Shown: one piece after another, positions 24,701-27,272 of the stretch
How positions within the stretch are numbered: position 1 is the first letter of the stretch
Layout: every line of letters starts with the position of its first letter
Assembly (NCBI GenBank): GCA_016839445.1
Contig: JAEOUG010000054.1
Span: 1-27,272 of the forward strand
DNA length: 27,272 bases
From: Candidatus Thorarchaeota archaeon
GTDB lineage: Archaea > Asgardarchaeota > Thorarchaeia > Thorarchaeales > Thorarchaeaceae
Direction: 5' to 3'
Position numbers and translations under genes: made by a program
Notes under the pieces: model-generated
Seen by the model: the letters and a program-made list of their open reading frames with translations, nothing else
Told to the model about the DNA's origin: nothing
The model's database searches: none

Positions 24701-25327
24701 GACGATAGTCAGGTCATTAGAGGTCTCATTCCAAGTAATCGCGATGAAGTACCAATGGTGAGGAACCCAGTCGTTCTTGTTCCCTGTGAGAGAGCCGTCC
24801 CCACCCCAATCCAGAACTAGGCGTCCTAGCTGCCATCGCGTCTCGAAGTCTTGATCCTGTCCCCAGAATCGCCCTGTCGCAGCTTCCTCTGTCCACATCA
24901 GCCAGAGGGATATGGTTCCCGCCACGCCGCTGAAATCTGCGCTCCCACCCTCTCCTACGAGGAAGTAGTCACCCGAACATTCAGCCGATCTTAGATTCCC
25001 AGGAGCACCTGCCGGCAACCATACTTCACCGGTAGGGTATGGGTTGACGTCCGTGCGTGCGTGGGTGTACAGAGTGGGCTCTGAAGGTACTGCCCTCTCC
25101 TCTACAACGACAGGGTCCAAGATTCCTGAGTAAGGCTGTAGATAGTCCTGGGCCGGACCATACGCAAAATCAGAGGAGGATGACGAGAGTGTTATCCTAG
25201 GCAGCACGACGGGACCAGTGTAGGCGGGAAGCGGTAGACATGCTAGAACCATACATGCGAGAAGTGTGACGGTTGGCCCGCAATGCCGCAATGTTTCTTG
25301 ACTCCCACTCTGGTTGTATGCAACCAT
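21788..25327 (-). CDS. Receptor-like single-pass membrane protein C (1179 aa): LamG/ConA-like domain, head homologous to proteins A/B, one Ig-like repeat, TM, cytoplasmic longin-like plus winged-helix-like domains
   Basis: LamG-like motifs GTISLWLMW, WYFIAITWN, GRVDEFRFWSVERNLDEI and HYYEFEEDLTDTAG. TM FRAGFLGGLALLLVGVGLTYG at ~22492-22556. The tail LLGFLTIQRLTGLSVYSK..ESMLGSFISAISHFRDEF matches the Asgard longin-like pattern. The start codon is uncertain (25327 or 25252). Confidence 0.82.
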   Translation of the reverse strand: MVAYNQSGSQETLRHCGPTVTLLACMVLACLPLPAYTGPVVLPRITLSSSSSDFAYGPAQDYLQPYSGILDPVVVEERAVPSEPTLYTHARTDVNPYPTGEVWLPAGAPGNLRSAECSGDYFLVGEGGSADFSGVAGTISLWLMWTEEAATGRFWGQDQDFETRWQLGRLVLDWGGDGSLTGNKNDWVPHHWYFIAITWNETSNDLTIVWGDEETLPVVDAASTSWYTSTIGRHTENNIMNSAARTSSFVVGRVDEFRFWSVERNLDEIRSDYLAVLAGTEPYLSHYYEFEEDLTDTAGDEDLHASGGYTYSFDVFRGPLGWRGSEVTVTVRNLKRLIALNGSFEDGNPGTNVDWYGDGVYAPYGWAARREIISGLGRQRTSYSLADDGYVTIENEGYEVTTPDGFRHYNGTRVYWYQTIQNYEHNEDFILDLGYQYLHGPIGENFAGLFDFTVEVLNGSTELWSWSIDPTNITGRGEWLALGPTQLSIPSCPTVFELRVSLKIDTPGGYIQIPIDDPDLDGDATNGQYLTFLLDDVSLVAQDAPTFESVDLSASNSFSGSVEFAGHEGQGSVVLNYTYWTLVSIPVTVTANTTVSFEFSAAVTRMSRFGSSSPTASSETQGTSFTVEVNEPSTVTWCYYVESYAEAEDLSLSIIHPTDWVLEAVMDPLGSDVTQACIPCVGCVHVPSGLVGSAGWWTFECQSPNYAYEVSTEDWPPESSHWVSAYVFRSNSRLRCSATIGTASQTVGQVNDVYFEILEPTGSVWSSENISVVNSSLAFTTPLTLGPVNASIGQWASVVFWRNGTEVAYGLQAFEVHHGITAFPHTPSVSIDDEEEFTAAVHLYDQDNGYAILAGAAVIGNLSSQIVSFSPNLARSWWEAAFNVSDLAAGEYEIEISITIPFYDAAVCSIQLTVPDAGSLYAIAFRAGFLGGLALLLVGVGLTYGRRYYMSVMARRNLELIGLKSRFDDVKNLLGFLTIQRLTGLSVYSKVLKGVFQESMLGSFISAISHFRDEFSMSEPIWTAIPITEAITAVQSEQLIFAIITVDPASQRLKENLEDFARAVGGLYDSDEHIARPTGLTPEVSESVRNVLDPLFESYFDGALLDKYVGVKKTIPDHLRPVMDAFASTEIDHGLSPEQIVRSVVLLGYTELRAYRCVLDAVTKGHLIPVTGGLPPLEG

Positions 25328-25457
25328 GCTGGACTCGATACCGTACTCTCACTGTACAGCATCATCCCGGCGCCAGCAGAAAACATACGTGTGCTAGCTA
25401 TTTCAGGAAATGTGGTGTGAACTGAAACGCCAAAAGAATGAGAAATCGGCCTTGGAT

Positions 25458-26924
25458 CTAGGTGAGGCCGACCTTCTCGTTGAACTCGACTATCAGTTTG
25501 TCGATTTTCGGCGTGAGCTGCTGGATGTTCTCCCAGTACGCCGGGTAGTCGTACCACTGAGCATTGAGCTCATCGAGCCCGAACTTCTGCTGCTCTATCC
25601 ATGTGAAGTACTTCAAGTGGTGCACTCTCTTACGATCATAGTGGTCCAGCTCAATCATGGCATCAGTCTTCTGAGCCATCAGGTGACCATAGTAACCGCG
25701 GATTGCATCATCCCTGGTGTACTTCCCGTGTGCGGCTCTTGCTTCTCTGAGCCGTGATTCATAGAGCTCCATCGAGTCCGTGAAGACAGTAAGAACGACA
25801 TCGTTCTCCGTGAGCTCATAGTACTGGGCAAACTTGATGCTCATCAGTAGGTTCGCAATGCTAGAGATTCCTAGCAGGTCTAGCTGATTGACAATGTCCG
25901 CCGGGGCCCCGATGTCCTCAATCAGGAACTTGCGGCCCGCAGGCTCGTTGAACAACCTGATGATGTTCATTGGGTCATTATCGTCGATGGCGATGATCAT
26001 GTCGGTGTTGCGCACATTATGAATCCATGGCACATGTTTGTCGCCTATACCCTCGATTCGGTGAGCCCCGTAGCCGTTAAGCCACAGAGTGGGACACTGT
26101 ACTGCCTCACCAGCTGCAATCTTGCTAGTGGGCTCGTACTGCTTCATGAAGTCGCCACAACCGAGGGTTCCCGCAGAACCGGTCGTTAGACAGACACCTT
26201 GGTACTTGCCCTTACCGAGCTCCTTGTCGAGCACCTCAACCATGGCATTGCCTGTGACATCATAGTGGAACAGGTAGTTGCCGAATTCACTGAACTGGTT
26301 GAAGACGAAGATGTTCTCTCGAGTCTCGCGGAGATGCCAGACCATGTCGTAGATCTCCTTGACATTAGACTCGCTGCCCGGAGTCTTGATGATCTCTCCA
26401 GCAACAGTATTCAGCCAATCAAAGCGTTCCTGACTCATCTCCTCTGGCAGAATCGCGATGCTCTCGCACGCGAGTAGGGTGGCGTCGTATGCTCCCCCTC
26501 TGCAGTAGTTCCCTGTTGATGGCCAAACAGCCTTGTGGAAGGTTGGGTCGAACTGACCTGTGACCAGCGGCGGAACCAGGCAACCAAAGGTCGCGCCCAC
26601 TTTGTGTGCCCCCGTTGGGAAGTACTTCCCCACCAGGGCGATAATCCTTGCATCAACTCCGGTGAGTTCGTGTGGGATCTCCATGTAGTTCGGCAGCTCA
26701 CGGAAGAGGCCTCCCTGGGCAACAGGCTCATTCTTCCATGTAATGCGGAACAGATTCTCCGGTGTGACGTCCCAGAGACCCTTCTTCTTCAAGGCGGACC
26801 TAATGGAGTCAGGGATCTTCTCAGGATGCTTCATTTGGTCATATGTAGGAATAACGATGCTGCGTTCACGACACCGCTCGACAGTGCGCTTCAACTGCTC
26901 CTCGTTCTTAGTCAGGTCAATCAT
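25458..26924 (-). CDS. PLP-dependent enzyme, fold type II (tryptophan synthase beta / cysteine synthase superfamily), substrate unknown
   Basis: FPTGAHKVGA (PLP lysine at 26601-26603), WPSTGNYCRGG, NQFSEFGN, TTGSAGT (phosphate loop) and HRIEGIG. ATG 26924 is preceded by GAGAGG; GTG 26939 is an alternative start. Confidence 0.9.
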   Translation of the reverse strand: MIDLTKNEEQLKRTVERCRERSIVIPTYDQMKHPEKIPDSIRSALKKKGLWDVTPENLFRITWKNEPVAQGGLFRELPNYMEIPHELTGVDARIIALVGKYFPTGAHKVGATFGCLVPPLVTGQFDPTFHKAVWPSTGNYCRGGAYDATLLACESIAILPEEMSQERFDWLNTVAGEIIKTPGSESNVKEIYDMVWHLRETRENIFVFNQFSEFGNYLFHYDVTGNAMVEVLDKELGKGKYQGVCLTTGSAGTLGCGDFMKQYEPTSKIAAGEAVQCPTLWLNGYGAHRIEGIGDKHVPWIHNVRNTDMIIAIDDNDPMNIIRLFNEPAGRKFLIEDIGAPADIVNQLDLLGISSIANLLMSIKFAQYYELTENDVVLTVFTDSMELYESRLREARAAHGKYTRDDAIRGYYGHLMAQKTDAMIELDHYDRKRVHHLKYFTWIEQQKFGLDELNAQWYDYPAYWENIQQLTPKIDKLIVEFNEKVGLT

Positions 26925-26966
26925 GTTCGTGCCTCTCACAGACAGCTACCGTGAGAGACTGCAGCC

Positions 26967-26983
26967 CATGAAAAAGCCTTTCG
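26967..26983 (-). promoter_or_regulatory. Putative BRE/TATA for the PLP-enzyme gene
   Basis: Minus strand GAAAGGCTTTTTCATG: a purine BRE followed by a T-rich box, about 30 nt upstream of 26939. Confidence 0.35.
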
Positions 26984-27173
26984 ATGGGACCTATGAAGGC
27001 GCCTTGCCTCTTAGAGACAGATTATTAATGGAAGCTCGCCGCAGTCCAGACTATAGTTAAGGGGAACATACCCAAAGGTACGACAACCTGAACAGAGTCG
27101 TAGTCGCACTACTCATGGATGGCGAATCTGGGTAGCGATGTGATCCCACAACCCTGGCTGGTGGTTTGACTAG

Positions 27174-27272
27174 ATGCCTAAGAGTGATGATAAACACGTA
27201 TACGTATTCGGCGACAGGAAGGCCGAAGGAAACGCTACAATGAAGAACAAGCTGGGAGGTAAGGGCGCCTCC
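27174..27272 (+). CDS. ppdK: Pyruvate, phosphate dikinase, N-terminal 33 aa (runs off the right edge of the window)
   Basis: Manual translation MPKSDDKHVYVFGDRKAEGNATMKNKLGGKGAS matches the canonical PPDK start (K.VY.FG...AEG...MK..LGGKGA). A GGTGG SD lies upstream. Not in the ORF track. Confidence 0.88.
   Translation, partial: MPKSDDKHVYVFGDRKAEGNATMKNKLGGKGAS

Noticed and set aside
24011-24820. 269-aa + strand ORF and the many other 60-165-aa ORFs inside large genes
   Set aside because: These are antisense or off-frame shadows of well-supported genes, with no recognisable motifs and mostly non-ATG starts.
263-25460. Pyrrolysine/amber recoding (5 of 8 complete genes end in TAG, none in TAA)
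   Set aside because: The TAGs fall at natural protein ends (the A tail equals the TGA-terminated B tail in length). Frequent TAG termination argues against recoding, and the sample is small.

Overview
A gene-dense archaeal window. Its content points to an Asgard archaeon, probably Thorarchaeia (inference): archaeal TATA/leaderless promoters, a YDGFEPSG-type TyrRS, an LRR protein, and a membrane protein with a longin-like tail. It is flanked by partial tyrS (left) and ppdK (right), neither in the ORF track. The centre is a cell-surface locus. (i) Two giant (~2,600 aa), translationally coupled paralogous single-pass membrane proteins, each with a ~600-aa head, 17 collinear ~100-aa Ig-like repeats (counted by eye), one TM and a conserved 184-aa cytoplasmic tail. 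(ii) A membrane-anchored metzincin protease just upstream. (iii) A third, short-stalk member of the same family with an inserted LamG-like domain and a cytoplasmic longin-like domain, followed by an LRR gene and a Zn-site membrane protein gene. An intergenic region holds a candidate ~120-nt multi-branch structured RNA with its own TATA box and U-tract. Metabolic genes are an ADP-forming acyl-CoA synthetase alpha subunit and a fold-type II PLP enzyme. No mobile element, CRISPR array, tRNA or rRNA was recognised. All domain calls are by-eye motif recognition; no searches were run.
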